NCBI GenBank assembly: GCA_965644315.1
Contig: CBFFRQ010000018.1
Span: forward strand, 248,001-312,000
Direction: 5' to 3'
DNA: 64,000 bases
DNA from: Caecitellus pseudoparvulus
Taxonomy: Eukaryota; Protista; Bigyra: Bicosoecida
Part shown: positions 51,120 through 62,155 of the stretch, piece by piece
Layout of the letters: the number at the start of each line of letters is the position of its first letter
How positions within the stretch are numbered: position 1 is the first letter of the stretch
Notes under the pieces: model-generated
Databases searched by the model: none
Seen by the model: the letters and a program-made list of their open reading frames with translations, nothing else
What the model was told of the DNA's origin: nothing
Translations under genes and position numbers: made by a program

Positions 51120-52578
51120 TCATGATCCGTGAGTTGCGCGGGCAATGGCTGCGCCAAAGGCTCCGCCTTCTTCCTCGTCTTCGAGCGGCTCGGGATCAGG
51201 CACGCCCAGCTTGATTTGGGTGCCTGGGCTGAGCAAGAAGACTGGCGTGAGTGGCCACGCACCCAGCATGCCCAAGGCAAAGCCCACCGGGCTCGTGCCG
51301 GATTTCACTTGCAAGACGGAAGAGTTGGTGATCGCCAGGGTGCGGAAGCTGCCCTCTGCACTCCAGTTGGAATCCGGCTTCACGTTGTGGAAGGGGTGCT
51401 CGTCCCCGTCTTTCTTCCACCTCAGTGTGCCGTCTGAGCCCCAGAACACCCACGTGCGGGTCCTGTCCAGGTTGAAAATGCGCCGAGCCACGGCTTCCAT
51501 GCCTTCATGCACCACTTGCCCAGCCTCGGCAATGCGCTCCACTGCGGAGGTCAAGGCGTCCATGGGCACCAGCACGACGGCTGCCTTTTCCTTTCCCACG
51601 CTGGAGAGGATGAAGTTGAGGGTTTCCACTTCGCGGTATTCCAAGGGGTGGTTCAAGGGGGCCACCATGACTGCATCTGAGTCCTGCTCCACCATGGACA
51701 CAGTGGTCTGGCCATCTTCAAAGAAATGCAGGGGCAGGTCGGGAGCGTCTTGGGGTCCGCAGCACATGAGCATGTCCAGGAACTTCAAGTCGGGCAGGCC
51801 GCCTCTCCCACCCCCACTCACTGGCGCGTGGCTGCGTGTGCTGGGCAGTTCGATGCCTGCGTCGCCAATGGTGCTGCTGGTGCTCCCTTCGCTCCTGATA
51901 CTAGTCGCGTCATTCCCGGCGCTGTCCGAGACGACGGGGATGGCGACCGCCGAGTCCGGGACGTCAGAGCTGGTCGCAGGGGCTGGTGTAGTCGAGCGCG
52001 AAGGCGTGCTGGACCCCCCTTGGCAGCAGGAGCAGAGGGACAGCAGCTCCTTGCCCAGGCGGTCAATGTCGGTGTCATTCTCTTGCTGTGGGGTGGGTCA
52101 GCGTTGAGCCAGTGCAGTCCAGGAGCCGCGGCCAGCGCGCGGAAAGCGCACTCACGTAGAAGGCAAACGTAACAAGACCACAGCATGCCAAGTATGGCAG
52201 GAGTGTGATGAGGCCTGCGTCACGGGGGCAGGCGCAAAAGCCCGTTGCACGTGAAGTGCAGGTGGTCGCGCGCGACGCTGAGTTGTGTGTGAAACGGAAG
52301 GCCTCCAACGCACCCACTGCAGCGAAGAACTCGCCAGGGTTGACAGGGCGGCAATCGTTCGCCCCATCGTGCCCACAGAACTCTGCAGGGCAATGAGGGC
52401 GGGGTGAAGGTGCTGGCTGAAGGGGCTGGCGCTGGTGTGCAGGGCAACGCGGTGAGGGTGCCGTACCAATGTTTGTGGAGTTTCCTTGAGCGGCCGCAAG
52501 GGCCAGGCTGCACAGCAGTACGACGAGGGCTGACAGGGCGTGCTGATTCACGCCGACATAGGGCGTGTGTGCACCCAT
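51120..52578 (-). CDS. Single-pass membrane protein, GEFF family copy 1 (signal peptide, Cys-pair micro-ectodomain, long cytoplasmic domain); 4 exons
   Basis: MGAH...LVVLLCSLALAAAQGNSTNI|EFCGHDGANDCRPVNPGEFFAAV|GLITLLPYLACCGLVTFAFY|QENDTDIDRLG...; last exon 52085-51120 stays in frame. Confidence 0.7.
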
Positions 52579-52879
52579 CTCTGCAGGGCTTCCACAACCG
52601 GCAGAGCGAGGTGCGTTGTCTGCTCTCAGCTGCCTGGAGTGCTGGCGCATGCACGCAGCACAAGGGCCGGTCAGGGTCAAGGAGACCCACGCACTGACAC
52701 AGGCTACACAGCTGTGCGGTGTTCATTTTTGTTCTTCAGATGCTTTTGCTGTGAGGAACTGCAGGTGTGCTGGAGCGGATCGGCGCCGTGGAGGAGCGCA
52801 GCATCCTGTGGAACTGCTCTCAGGTGGACAAGGTTGAGATCCCCCACCTTCCAGTCAAGGATCATCGTGGGACACCAGT

Positions 52880-53831
52880 CTACTCAGCAGCAAGGCCCGG
52901 GACCGAGCCGGACCTTGCAGCCGCGGCAGAAAGCAGGGGGTTTGTGCGTGCGTGGCGTGCGCCAGAGAGCGATGGGCTGCTGCCCCTTCGGTGTTGCGAG
53001 GCTGAGGCTGGCTGGCCTCCGGAGCTTGGGCGGCGACTTCGAGCGGTGGGGGCATGGCTCTGCCGCCTCTGCTTGGCTGGGGCACCGACAGGAGTCACAA
53101 GCCTGGCCGTGCCGTTGGAGCCTCCTTGCAGAACTGAGCTTTGTGCGGCACCACGTGCGACGGATGTTGGTCGGCTGGGACGGCGCCCGCCTGGCGATGC
53201 GCTTGTCATTTCCACCCCACTCCCACTGGCTCGGCGGCTATCGCTGCTCCAGCGGAAACTGCTGCTTTGCTCTGGAGGCCTTTCGTCCTCATCCTGGCCG
53301 CGACTTGCGGGGGCGCCCCAGCTGGTGCGTCTTCGACGAGGCACGCGCCCTGCGGAGTTTCGCACACACCCCACACGAGTGCATGCTGTGGACACCCAAC
53401 TTGAGCAGGTCCGACAGTGCTGAGTGAAGCGAGCCTGCTAGTGAATCGGCGTGGTGTTGCTCGAGTGAGATAGGGGGGCGGCGTGGCACCCATGCAAGTT
53501 TGACGACGCACTCGCATTATCCACACCAAGGCTGTGATGGATGCGAGGTAGGGGAGCAACACGATTGGACCTGCGCAGCACGGGGGCGATGCCGAAGGGC
53601 TGTCTTGTGCGGTGAAAGTGGAGAGTCGATGCGACTTCAGCATCACACACCGACAGCCAAGAAGAACTCGCCCGGAGTGATAGGAGAACAGTTGGAGTTC
53701 TCATGGCCGCATATTTCTGTGCAGTTGGGGCTCCTGGTGGGTGTTTCAGCGAGGAGCGTGCAAGGGGCGTGAGTGGCTCGGTTCTCACCTGCCCCTGGCG
53801 TGGATGTGGTGTTTGGGTCGGCTGCAGACAT
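52880..53831 (-). CDS. Single-pass membrane protein, GEFF family copy 2; 4 exons (alternative start 53891)
   Basis: MSAADPNTTSTPGA|EICGHENSNCSPITPGEFFLAV|GPIVLLPYLASITALVWIMR|(Q)ARFTQHC...; last exon 53437-52880 in frame. Confidence 0.6.
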
Positions 53832-54342
53832 GCCGGGGTGTTGGACGCCACGTGAAGCAGCGGGCACAGGTTCATGTGCAATGCTGTGCATTTGCTGACA
53901 TGTTGAGTTCGGGCAATCAGGGCTTTGCCCCAATCATCCGAAAATTGACGAGGAAGGTGGAGTGTGAGTGGCTTGCCAAAGCCATCACTGTGGCAGCACG
54001 GCGCATCGGGAGCGCTGCTTCGGCCAACTCCCATCACTGACGCCGTCCAGAAACAGGGATCCTTATGGGCGCACACTGATTGGCAGCCTTCCTGCTGCAG
54101 ATGCAGTCTTCGTGATCACACCGGCGCTGTGCAAAGTTCCCTCAGAGTCAGCGTGGCGGGACTGGTCGGCAGCTGGCGAGCACAAAGCAAAGCATGCTAA
54201 GCACTCACTCATACTGGGAATCAACAACACCCCCGCTTGGCCGTCATGCCGCAAGCTGTAGCGCAGCTCCGCTTGGAGCTTGGCCTGAGCAGGCTGCCAA
54301 GTTTGGTGCTGTTGAAGCAGCGGGGATGCGGGCCCTGCGAGG

Positions 54343-54837
54343 CTACTCTGTGGTGATTGTGTCGCCAGGAGCAGGGGCGACACTTGGGCGATGGTTTGAT
54401 GCTGAACAGCAGTTGGGAGCGTTGAGGTCTGCAAACCACCCTCGAACTGCTCGGACAAGCCTCGGGTTGTTGTCCTGCGGAGTGTCGGAGAGATGTGGCG
54501 TCTGTGAAGCCACCTGTTGTGAAGCACGCCAGGGCACTCACGAGAAAAGCATACGTTGCCGCCGCGAAGAGGGTGAGGAACGGGATGAGCACGATTAGTC
54601 CTGCGCAAAGCAAGCCAGTCGCAGCGATGGTGCTTGCTGGGCGACCAGTCTCGTTTCCCTTGACTGCCTCAAACGCACCCACAGCAGCGAAGAATTCACC
54701 TCCCGTCACAGGCCGACACCCATCAGGCCCTCCGTGTGCACAGAAATCTGTGTGCGGTGGTGGCTCGCGTGCCAGCGCCGCTGCGGTGTGGAAGGCACAG
54801 AAACCGCACCTGACACGCCAGTGGAGTTCTGCGCCAT
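54343..54837 (-). CDS. Small single-pass membrane protein, GEFF family copy 3; 4 exons
   Basis: MAQNSTGVS|DFCAHGGPDGCRPVTGGEFFAAV|GLIVLIPFLTLFAAATYAFL|DNNPRLVRAVRGWFADLNAPNCC...; last exon 54474-54343 in frame. Confidence 0.65.
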
Positions 54838-55123
54838 GACGTAGCAGCGCTGCCGCTCGGTGAATCGCCACAAGAAAGAAAGGCAAGGCAACGGCCCTCG
54901 GGGTGTACCTGCTTTCGACAAGTCACCCCTACTTCAGGGAGCATGCGAGAAGGGGCCGCCTGAAGGTTGCAGTGAGCTGGGCGACGGAGTGCACAAGCAG
55001 TGCTGGTGGTGATGGGCTCAGGGTAGGCGAGGCCCATGAACCACGAGTTTTAGTTGGCGAGCCCAAATAAGAGATTTTGGGTGCATTCGGGCCACTGCTC
55101 AGGCCAGTCTTCTTGGTCAGGGG

Positions 55124-57319
55124 CTACTCCTGCCGGGCAGCCTTTGCGCTGGGTGGCTGCGCAGCTTCGCAGTCTGGCACCGGGCGTTTGGTGCCTCCCA
55201 CCGAGGCAGTGGGCGGAGCTGGCGCGCTGCCGGAGCCTTGTGCGACGGCTTCAAAGGCCGCCCCCTTTCGAACCAGCTTCGGGTCCAGGGCCTGTCCCTG
55301 CTGCAGCAAGACGAAGCCTGCGGGTACGAGCTCCTCATCAAGTCGCTCCTCGTGCTGGATGACGAGGGTAAACTCCATGTCCTGCGAGAAGTCCATGACC
55401 TCTGCCGTGCAGCCGTCACCCAGACCTCCACCAGGGGCCCCTGCGAGGGTCATGCCTGCATGTCGTGCTCTTCGTGCCTGAGGCGTAGGAGAGACGGGCA
55501 GAGTGTGTGTGAGCTGGCCGGCAGGCGGATAGCACCGAGGCAGGCTCTGCGCACCTGGAACTCCTCAGGGGTCTCGTCTTCCTCCTGCGCATCCAGCTCT
55601 GCCAGGCCCTCTCCATTGTCGATGTTAGGCTCGTGCAGGGCCAGGCGCCCTCGCAGGACGGCGCTGAACAGCTCAGCAAGTGTCATTCTGTGCGTGTCAG
55701 TCACCAGCGTCAGCACTGCGGAGCCGCACACCATGCACGACGGGTTCGGCCCCTCCACAGCCACAGCCGCCGTCAAGGCACCCCCTCCTGCAGGTGCATG
55801 TTTCAACTCCAGGCGCTGGGCCGGCGGCGGGGGTGCTGAGTCCGACGCTAGACCCGCCTTTACCAGCCGCATCGCCGCTGCCACCTGCCCTGCAGCCACA
55901 ATGGCGTTGCTCGTGGCGACGGCAGGGATGATGTTCCCAGCTATGCTGGCGACTGTCCACTGTGACTGCAGGGGAATGCCAAAGATATGGCTGCGCAGGT
56001 TGCTGGCCGCCGTGACAAAGGCCAGGTCCAGTGGGCGGTCTTTGGAGAACTCAGCACTGCCAAGGAGTCCTGCCTGCTCTGGCTCCGAGAAGAACCGTGC
56101 AAGGGAAGAGCAGAACTGCTGTGCGCTCTGGGACAGCGAGGGGACTGTCTGTGCTGGCAAAGCGGCAACTGGGAGGGCAGTGGGTGCTACGGCTTGCCCT
56201 GCGTTGGCGCTGCCGAGCGCAGTGTCCAGACTCAAGGGCACTGGTATGCGCCCAGCTCGCTCGTAGGCCTCCAGGCGCATGGACAGCTTCTTTTCAATCT
56301 CGTCGTGGAAGACTGCTTCAAACACCGCCTTCGCGTGTGCCGCGAGCGCGTCTGGGGCCGTGTCTGTGGGGTGCGCCGCCGCCTTCATGAAGGCGCTGGT
56401 GTCCCCTCCCTCCTCATCCTCCCACAGCATGGACTGCTGCGCGGCCCCGATCAGCAACTTGTACAACTCCTTGGCCCACACGATGCAGTGCACGGGCTTG
56501 TCGGGGGTGGAGCGAATGGTGCAAATGGGGTACGTTTTCTGCGCCGTCCCCCGAGGCTGGCAATCATAGCACTCCGTGACGCCTCGCCGAAAGCACTCCA
56601 CCTGCCCGATGTGCCCTGTTGTGCCTGCGTCGATCAGGGGCACATCAACAGACATGCACATGCGATTCACGTGCCGCCGAGCAGACATGTTGTCCAGTGC
56701 GTTGATGACCTGCGAGTGAAGGTCAAGGGGCATGCGTCTGCTTTGGCTCGCGCTCGTCCCCTGGTCTGCTGCCGCACCAGTTGGAACGTTTTGAAGAAAG
56801 AAGCGCCAAACTTGGCATCCTTGATGTTGCCATGGTGCGCTTGGACCTTTGCTTCGGGGTTGAACTCTTGCACGGCATCGGCAGCGACCTGAGCAGGGCG
56901 GGCGTCGCCGTTTCGGCGGCGTTTCGTGGCGAGAGCCAGAGCCCCACGTACCAGGGCCTTGCTCATGCCCACGTGATGTTTTCGGAAGAGAAACTGCCTG
57001 TTCAGATTTGAGACGTCAATTGTGTCCAGGTCAACCACCTGGATGTTGTGGAAGCCTCCCATGACGAGACATTTCAACAGCTCGCAGCCTGTGTTTGAGC
57101 GGCAGACGAGCTGCATCGACGCTCGACATTAGGCGAGGCCTCACGTACCGATCCCTCCTGCTCCGACGACGAGCACGGGAAGGGTGTGAATCTTGTCAAT
57201 CACATCGTCTCCCTGCGCAGGCAGCAGCGCTTAGTGCGTCTCACAACGCAAGGGGCACACCTGGGAAGCTGTGCGGGGCATACATGCAGCGCTCGCAAGC
57301 CGGTCCAACGTCCGGCCAT
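55124..57319 (-). CDS. UBA2: SUMO-activating enzyme subunit 2, multi-exon
   Basis: VLVVGAGGI|GCELLK, DLDTIDVSNLNRQFLF, NALDNMSARRHVNRMC, TECYDC, catalytic TYPICTIRSTPDKPVHCIVWAK, AGNIIPAVATSNA, PNPSCMVC. Confidence 0.95.
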
Positions 57320-57594
57320 CCTTGGGGGATCTGCACCTCGCGAGACAGCTCACTGGTGCAAAGGAACCAAGAAGCGTGTTGCGCTTGAAGGCTGCACTGG
57401 CTCTGTCCTTGACCCGAGCAGTGTAGTTTGACGCAGAGCGAAAGCGGCGCATGGATCTTGGCGAAACCTCCCTCTCTGACCCGGCTGCAGTCATCGCTGG
57501 TGGCAGACGGCAGTCGTGTTCAAAATTGGAACTTAGAGTCCCTGGCACCCCAGCACATGTATTTTGATTCCTCGCACCCAAGACAGCCACCGCC

Positions 57595-60303
57595 ATGCCG
57601 GGCCGCCGGGGATCCAAACGCTCACGTTCGGTGGCAGCCCAAGCGGCTGCAGCCACTGACCTCGGTGCGCCGCGTCTGGTGGATGTGAAAGACTACGTCC
57701 ACAAGCACAAGCAAGATGTGGCCACACTGCAGTCAGCCCTGGCCGTGCACTCCTTCATGCGGGCGCCGTCTGTGGACCCGCGCATCGCGCTGCCTCCGGC
57801 GCCGCAGCTCAGGCGGCGAACAGGCTCACATATGCGCAGATGCATTCCGGTTCAGCGGAGACTAAACACCGATGCTGCGCTGAAGGCGGATGGCGGAGTG
57901 AAGTATAGAGACACAGCTAGATCGAACAAGCGGCAGCGGGTCGCTTGGGCGGTGCAGTACGATGCAGCGGAGGCGGAGGAAGGAGGAAGCGAGAGTGCGG
58001 AAATCGCTTCCTCCGGCGCAGCCTTCCAGTCAACCCCGGCGCAACCAGTGGCCCTGCATCTGCCCCTGCACCACTGGCATGCGAAACGCATGCATATGAA
58101 GCAGATATGGGGGTACCACGTGCCATGGAGTCGACAGGGCCGCGGTTCGAAAGCAGCCATGGCAGACGCTGTGTCCGATGTTACTGTGCAGGATGTGTCC
58201 TGGACTGCGGGCGTGTTCCTCACAGGCACCTTGGCAGCCCTGATCGACGTTTTGGCACGTGTATCTGAGACAGAGCCGATAGAGCCAGGCGTGCCGCACA
58301 TCGCGGCTGGCCCAGCCCAGCTGCAGGGGGCGGAGGCAGGGCACTTGTTGCTGTCCGCTGGCGGTCGTGCCATCGCGCCGGTGCGCTGCTTGTGGCGGGG
58401 GAGGTACGCTCCCTGCGGCGCCGAGGCCAGCAAGGGCCCGGCAGGCGCCTTCTTCTCTGAGTCTGCGCAGCGACCTGGCAGCACGGCTGAGCTCCCTGGC
58501 CTTGCACAGCACATTACGTCCCTGGCTTTGTTCCTTCACCCAAGCGCATTGCAAACTGCCCACAGCTCCGTCTCGGCTGCATGCCAAGGGGGTGTGGAGC
58601 TGCCAGCCGCTCTCGCGGGCAATGGTGTGCATGTGGCTGTCAGGCGCAGTCCCTGGGCGCTGTTTCGGCTGCACGGACGCCGAGCAACGCAAGCATTGCA
58701 AGCAGCGTTTGAGCGGCAAGCGGGCGCCAGCAGCGACACACATGAGCACGAATGGAGCAAGCTCTCAGGTTTGACCAACACCTCTTTCGCACAGGGGGCT
58801 GCTGTGCTGTACTGCTGCCTGGGGCTGCGCCACCCGTCCTCATTTTCTGCTGATGTTGCGGCAGGGGGCGGAACGCCACGCAGCACTGCCGAGTCACAGC
58901 CGCTGGTCACGGGAGGGACACGCTCTGCATCAGACCTGGTGACGTTGGAAATGGACGCTGTGCAGGTGCTGCGCAGCGCAGGCCCGAGTGGTGGCACAGA
59001 GGCGGTGTCAGCCTCAGCACAGGGTGCCCTGCCAGCCTTGGCAGCTGCCGCCCTCACAGCCGCTGACGGCTCTGTGCAGTGTCTGGCCAAATCTGGGCGG
59101 GCCATGCACGTGCTCCCTGGCCCTGACGCCAAGCGTGGCAGCGTGCGGGGTGCCAAGGCCCGTGCACGGCGGCAGGCTGCCCTGCCAGCTGACGCAGCAA
59201 GCAACGCAGCAGCAGCTGTGCTGGTGTCCACTTTGGCCGACTCCGAGCCCGCCACTGCGGCAGAGGAAGCTTTCTGGCACCCGCCCCGCCGGGAGCCTGA
59301 AGGAGAAGTGGCGCCACCTTGTGCAGCAGGCCAAGACACCACAGTGCCCGTGGTGCTTCAGTGCCAGCCTGCAACCGCCAAAGCCGGTGCCGGAGGTGGC
59401 TGGTGGGTGGCACTGCCCCACAGGCATGCCCCGGCTCTGTGGGCGACACTGCAGGCAGCTGGTGCCAAGGCAGTGGGTTCACAGGAAGCAGCAGCACAGG
59501 CGCTGCAAGCGCGTGTCCCAGCGTTTCCACAAGACTTCCCCGATGCCCCAGCTGGGCAGGCGTGGTGGGAGGAGGAGGGCAGGAAGGCGTGCGCCAAGTG
59601 GACACGCACCCCTCCTCAGCACAAGCCCAACTGGACCACCCTCCGACAGCCGTCCCCGTACACCCCTTGGGCTCCCCCGGCAGAGAACGGGCACGAGGGT
59701 TGGAGCCACGTCATGGTGCTGCGTGGCCTGGAGGCGGAGGAGGCCGCGGAGGACTGGACCTCAGCGCCACCCGGCGCCTTCGTCCAGGTGGCGCTCAAGC
59801 TGCAGTGTGGTCAGGGGGGTGCGCTGTCGCTGCCTGGCACGCTGGCCTTGCCGCTGCCCCATGAGTGGGAGGATTGGCGCGCACGCCCCGCAGCCCAAGG
59901 TCCAAGCGAACCGAGGGGCACGAAGGGGGGCTGCAGGCCTTCGCACGCTGCTGTAGGGGCTGTCACATCCAGTGTGTATGTCCACTCGCAATGTGCCACT
60001 TTGGGCATGGGGATTATCAGCGTCTCCGCGTTGCAGGCGTCGGCGGCAGCCAGCGCGGCATTCAAACCAGAGTCGAGTTCCGCGCCGGCATCGTCGCCAC
60101 GTGCGCCCGCTAAAGGGCTTTCAAAGTCTCAGCGCAGGAAGCAGCGCCGCCAGGGCAGCCAATCAGGGTCAAGGGCTGGGCGACCCTTCCAGGTGGCTTG
60201 GCGCGTGCTGGTGCGGGGCTGTCAGGACCAGCACTGGCGCAAGGCGTGGGCGTTCCTGCCTTCCTCGCCGCCAGAAGGCAAGCAGCGCCCCGCACTGCAG
60301 TGA
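57595..60303 (+). CDS. POP1: RNase P/MRP protein subunit POP1
   Basis: LRRRTGSH, LPLHHWHAKRMHMKQIWG, VQDVSW; POPLD-type GGGWWVALP, FPQDFPD and W.RTPPQHKPNW. Confidence 0.9.
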   Translation: MPGRRGSKRSRSVAAQAAAATDLGAPRLVDVKDYVHKHKQDVATLQSALAVHSFMRAPSVDPRIALPPAPQLRRRTGSHMRRCIPVQRRLNTDAALKADGGVKYRDTARSNKRQRVAWAVQYDAAEAEEGGSESAEIASSGAAFQSTPAQPVALHLPLHHWHAKRMHMKQIWGYHVPWSRQGRGSKAAMADAVSDVTVQDVSWTAGVFLTGTLAALIDVLARVSETEPIEPGVPHIAAGPAQLQGAEAGHLLLSAGGRAIAPVRCLWRGRYAPCGAEASKGPAGAFFSESAQRPGSTAELPGLAQHITSLALFLHPSALQTAHSSVSAACQGGVELPAALAGNGVHVAVRRSPWALFRLHGRRATQALQAAFERQAGASSDTHEHEWSKLSGLTNTSFAQGAAVLYCCLGLRHPSSFSADVAAGGGTPRSTAESQPLVTGGTRSASDLVTLEMDAVQVLRSAGPSGGTEAVSASAQGALPALAAAALTAADGSVQCLAKSGRAMHVLPGPDAKRGSVRGAKARARRQAALPADAASNAAAAVLVSTLADSEPATAAEEAFWHPPRREPEGEVAPPCAAGQDTTVPVVLQCQPATAKAGAGGGWWVALPHRHAPALWATLQAAGAKAVGSQEAAAQALQARVPAFPQDFPDAPAGQAWWEEEGRKACAKWTRTPPQHKPNWTTLRQPSPYTPWAPPAENGHEGWSHVMVLRGLEAEEAAEDWTSAPPGAFVQVALKLQCGQGGALSLPGTLALPLPHEWEDWRARPAAQGPSEPRGTKGGCRPSHAAVGAVTSSVYVHSQCATLGMGIISVSALQASAAASAAFKPESSSAPASSPRAPAKGLSKSQRRKQRRQGSQSGSRAGRPFQVAWRVLVRGCQDQHWRKAWAFLPSSPPEGKQRPALQ

Positions 60304-60316
60304 CTCATCTCAAACA

Positions 60317-60498
60317 GGGATCGCAGGGGTGTCCGGGAAGCTACTTACGCACCTTTCTTGCTGAGATGCCGGACACCCCAACGGGGGGGGGGGGTGCCCC
60401 CCGCATGGACCCCCCCTTCCCCACGCCGCCCGTGTCCAAGGTCCCAAGAAGGCTGCGAGGTCGGAAGGGGCTGAGAGCCCCTCGAACCAGATACCCGG
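60317..60498. repeat. 182-bp direct repeat, left copy
   Basis: Matches 62156-62337 except one base (GGAAGGGG vs GGAAAGGG); includes a G12 run and an 11-bp inverted repeat (60326-60336 / 60369-60379). Confidence 0.97.
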
Positions 60499-60891
60499 AC
60501 ACATTGGAGAGACCTCTGGACACAGGGCACTATTTTATCCCCTTTGCCTCGTTGAGCATGACCCTCCGGTGAAAACTGACCTAGCACCACAGTTGCCTCA
60601 CTTGCACACACGCTGACGCACGTGAAAGACTTGAGTGCTGCTGTTGTTTGGCGTTGCCGGAGAATCGTGGAAGAGCATCTGCAGCACGCTGCCACGCGCG
60701 GAACCGAAGCCAAGGCCTTGCCAATGCTTTTGTCAGTCATGGCAGCAAAAGACCCTGGTGCGCACTGTCTGCCTGTGCTGGTGTTGCTGAGCGATTGGAC
60801 AAAGCGAGCGGCATGCAAGCTCAATTTCCGCAGCTGTGTGACTCGTGGCCATGTGGCCTTCACGCGAAGCACGTGGCGTTCTTGAAACTTG

Positions 60892-61896
60892 ATGCACTTT
60901 CGCGCAGGTGTACATGAGCTACTAGGCACACAGAAAGTTACGGCACCGTGGCTCACGGATGTCATGATTGAAGCCCACAAGAGGGAGCTGACTGAGTTCT
61001 TCACAGACAGTAGCTGGCTCTCTGACATTGGTGAAGAGACTTTGAAGCGATTCCGTGCCCGGAGAATCGCTTCCTTTGTCATGTCATCAAACGTGTTAGA
61101 GCGCACCTCATGTTCTGGCACCGACAGCCAATTTGCCGAGCTGATCACGTTCATTCAACAGCCAGACACTGAAAGAACGCTTCCTGCTGAGCTGGCATCG
61201 ACGGTGTGGGACTGGGAGGGTGAAAGAACAGTCTGTGACTCCCCCCAGGCACGAGCACAAGCATTGAGCCATGTTGCTGCCACTTGCAAGGTGTTCACTG
61301 ATGCAGGCCCATGCGCTGTGTCGTCTCTGTCCGTTGAGCTGCTGTGCGATGTGCATGGCACGATGTTTCACGGCAGCTTACCCAGCGGTGATGAATCAGT
61401 GGCAGTGGGTGAATGGACACCCGGAGAACTTCGATGCAAGCCTCTTTTCGCCGGAGCAATGGAGTTTGTCAATGTCTCCAGTCAGGAGGAGATGCGTGAG
61501 AACCTCGGGATGTTCGTTCAGCGATTGAAGAGCCTACTGACGGATCCCAGTCGTAAGCACGAGAACATACACAAATACTCCATTGCAGTGTGGGCCTTGA
61601 ATGCGTTTCTGATGCTTCATCCGTTCCGGAATGGAAATGGCCGCATGGCTCGGCTCATCTTCGCGTGGGCATGTGCCCATTTGTATGGGTTGGACTTTCC
61701 TGTGGTCTTCTCATCTGGAGGCAGCAAGCCTCGGAAAAAGTACTTCCAGGCCCTCAGGAGACTGCAGCAGCAGGGCAGTGGTGTGTGGATGATGGCAACT
61801 GCTCTACAGTCTCTGGGCGTAGCTATCAGACAGCTCAAGTCTTTCTGTGGCGTGGAGCCTGTTTCCGACCCAGAACTTCATGTAGAGTGGGAGTAA
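60892..61896 (+). CDS. Fic/DOC-domain protein (possible extra 5' exon 60739-60757 with intron 60758-60907)
   Basis: Fic motif HPFRNGNGRMAR; upstream SSNVLER resembles the inhibitory (S/T)xxxE(G/N) helix; LCDVHGTM, PGELR and KKYFQALR are typical Fic segments. Confidence 0.9.
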   Translation: MHFRAGVHELLGTQKVTAPWLTDVMIEAHKRELTEFFTDSSWLSDIGEETLKRFRARRIASFVMSSNVLERTSCSGTDSQFAELITFIQQPDTERTLPAELASTVWDWEGERTVCDSPQARAQALSHVAATCKVFTDAGPCAVSSLSVELLCDVHGTMFHGSLPSGDESVAVGEWTPGELRCKPLFAGAMEFVNVSSQEEMRENLGMFVQRLKSLLTDPSRKHENIHKYSIAVWALNAFLMLHPFRNGNGRMARLIFAWACAHLYGLDFPVVFSSGGSKPRKKYFQALRRLQQQGSGVWMMATALQSLGVAIRQLKSFCGVEPVSDPELHVEWE

Positions 61897-62155
61897 CCCT
61901 CTTCAGGCTTGCATCGCTCAAGGCCAAGGCCACGGCTGCTGAAGACGAACACCTGCAGTCATGAGAATTTCTGGGGGGGGTCAGGGGCGCCGATTTGCAA
62001 CCCAGCGGGGGATCATTCTTCGCGACCTTGCTTGGCGGGTCGAGGCGGCGATTTCCCCAACTTTGCGTGGTGGCCAGCGCACCCGTCAACTGAACTGGGG
62101 CTATGCGTTGCTGGGGGGCTGCGGTACCTTCCAGCTTGCGCTGGCTCTCAAGTAT

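Noticed and set aside
53630-53650. Premature TGA making GEFF copy 2 a pseudogene
   Set aside because: The stop lies inside the intron that begins at G|GTGTGT, at the same position as in the other two copies.
3-57319. Apparent ubiquitin-like pathway cluster (DDRGK-like, U-box, NAE1, UBA2)
   Set aside because: Different pathways, tens of kb apart and interleaved with unrelated genes; chance is sufficient.
60317-60502. Repeat as RNase P/MRP RNA next to POP1
   Set aside because: GTGTCCGGG/CCCGGACAC pairing is only superficially P4-like; the conserved CR-I/CR-V bases are not evident and the pairing is broken in the right copy.
60345-61154. 269-aa antisense ORF as a Fic antitoxin
   Set aside because: Largely antisense to the Fic CDS and running through the repeat; no recognisable features.
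475-61896. Bacterial contamination suggested by RadA, RlmM-like and Fic genes
   Set aside because: They are contiguous with intron-containing eukaryotic genes, and RadA has a eukaryotic targeting leader.
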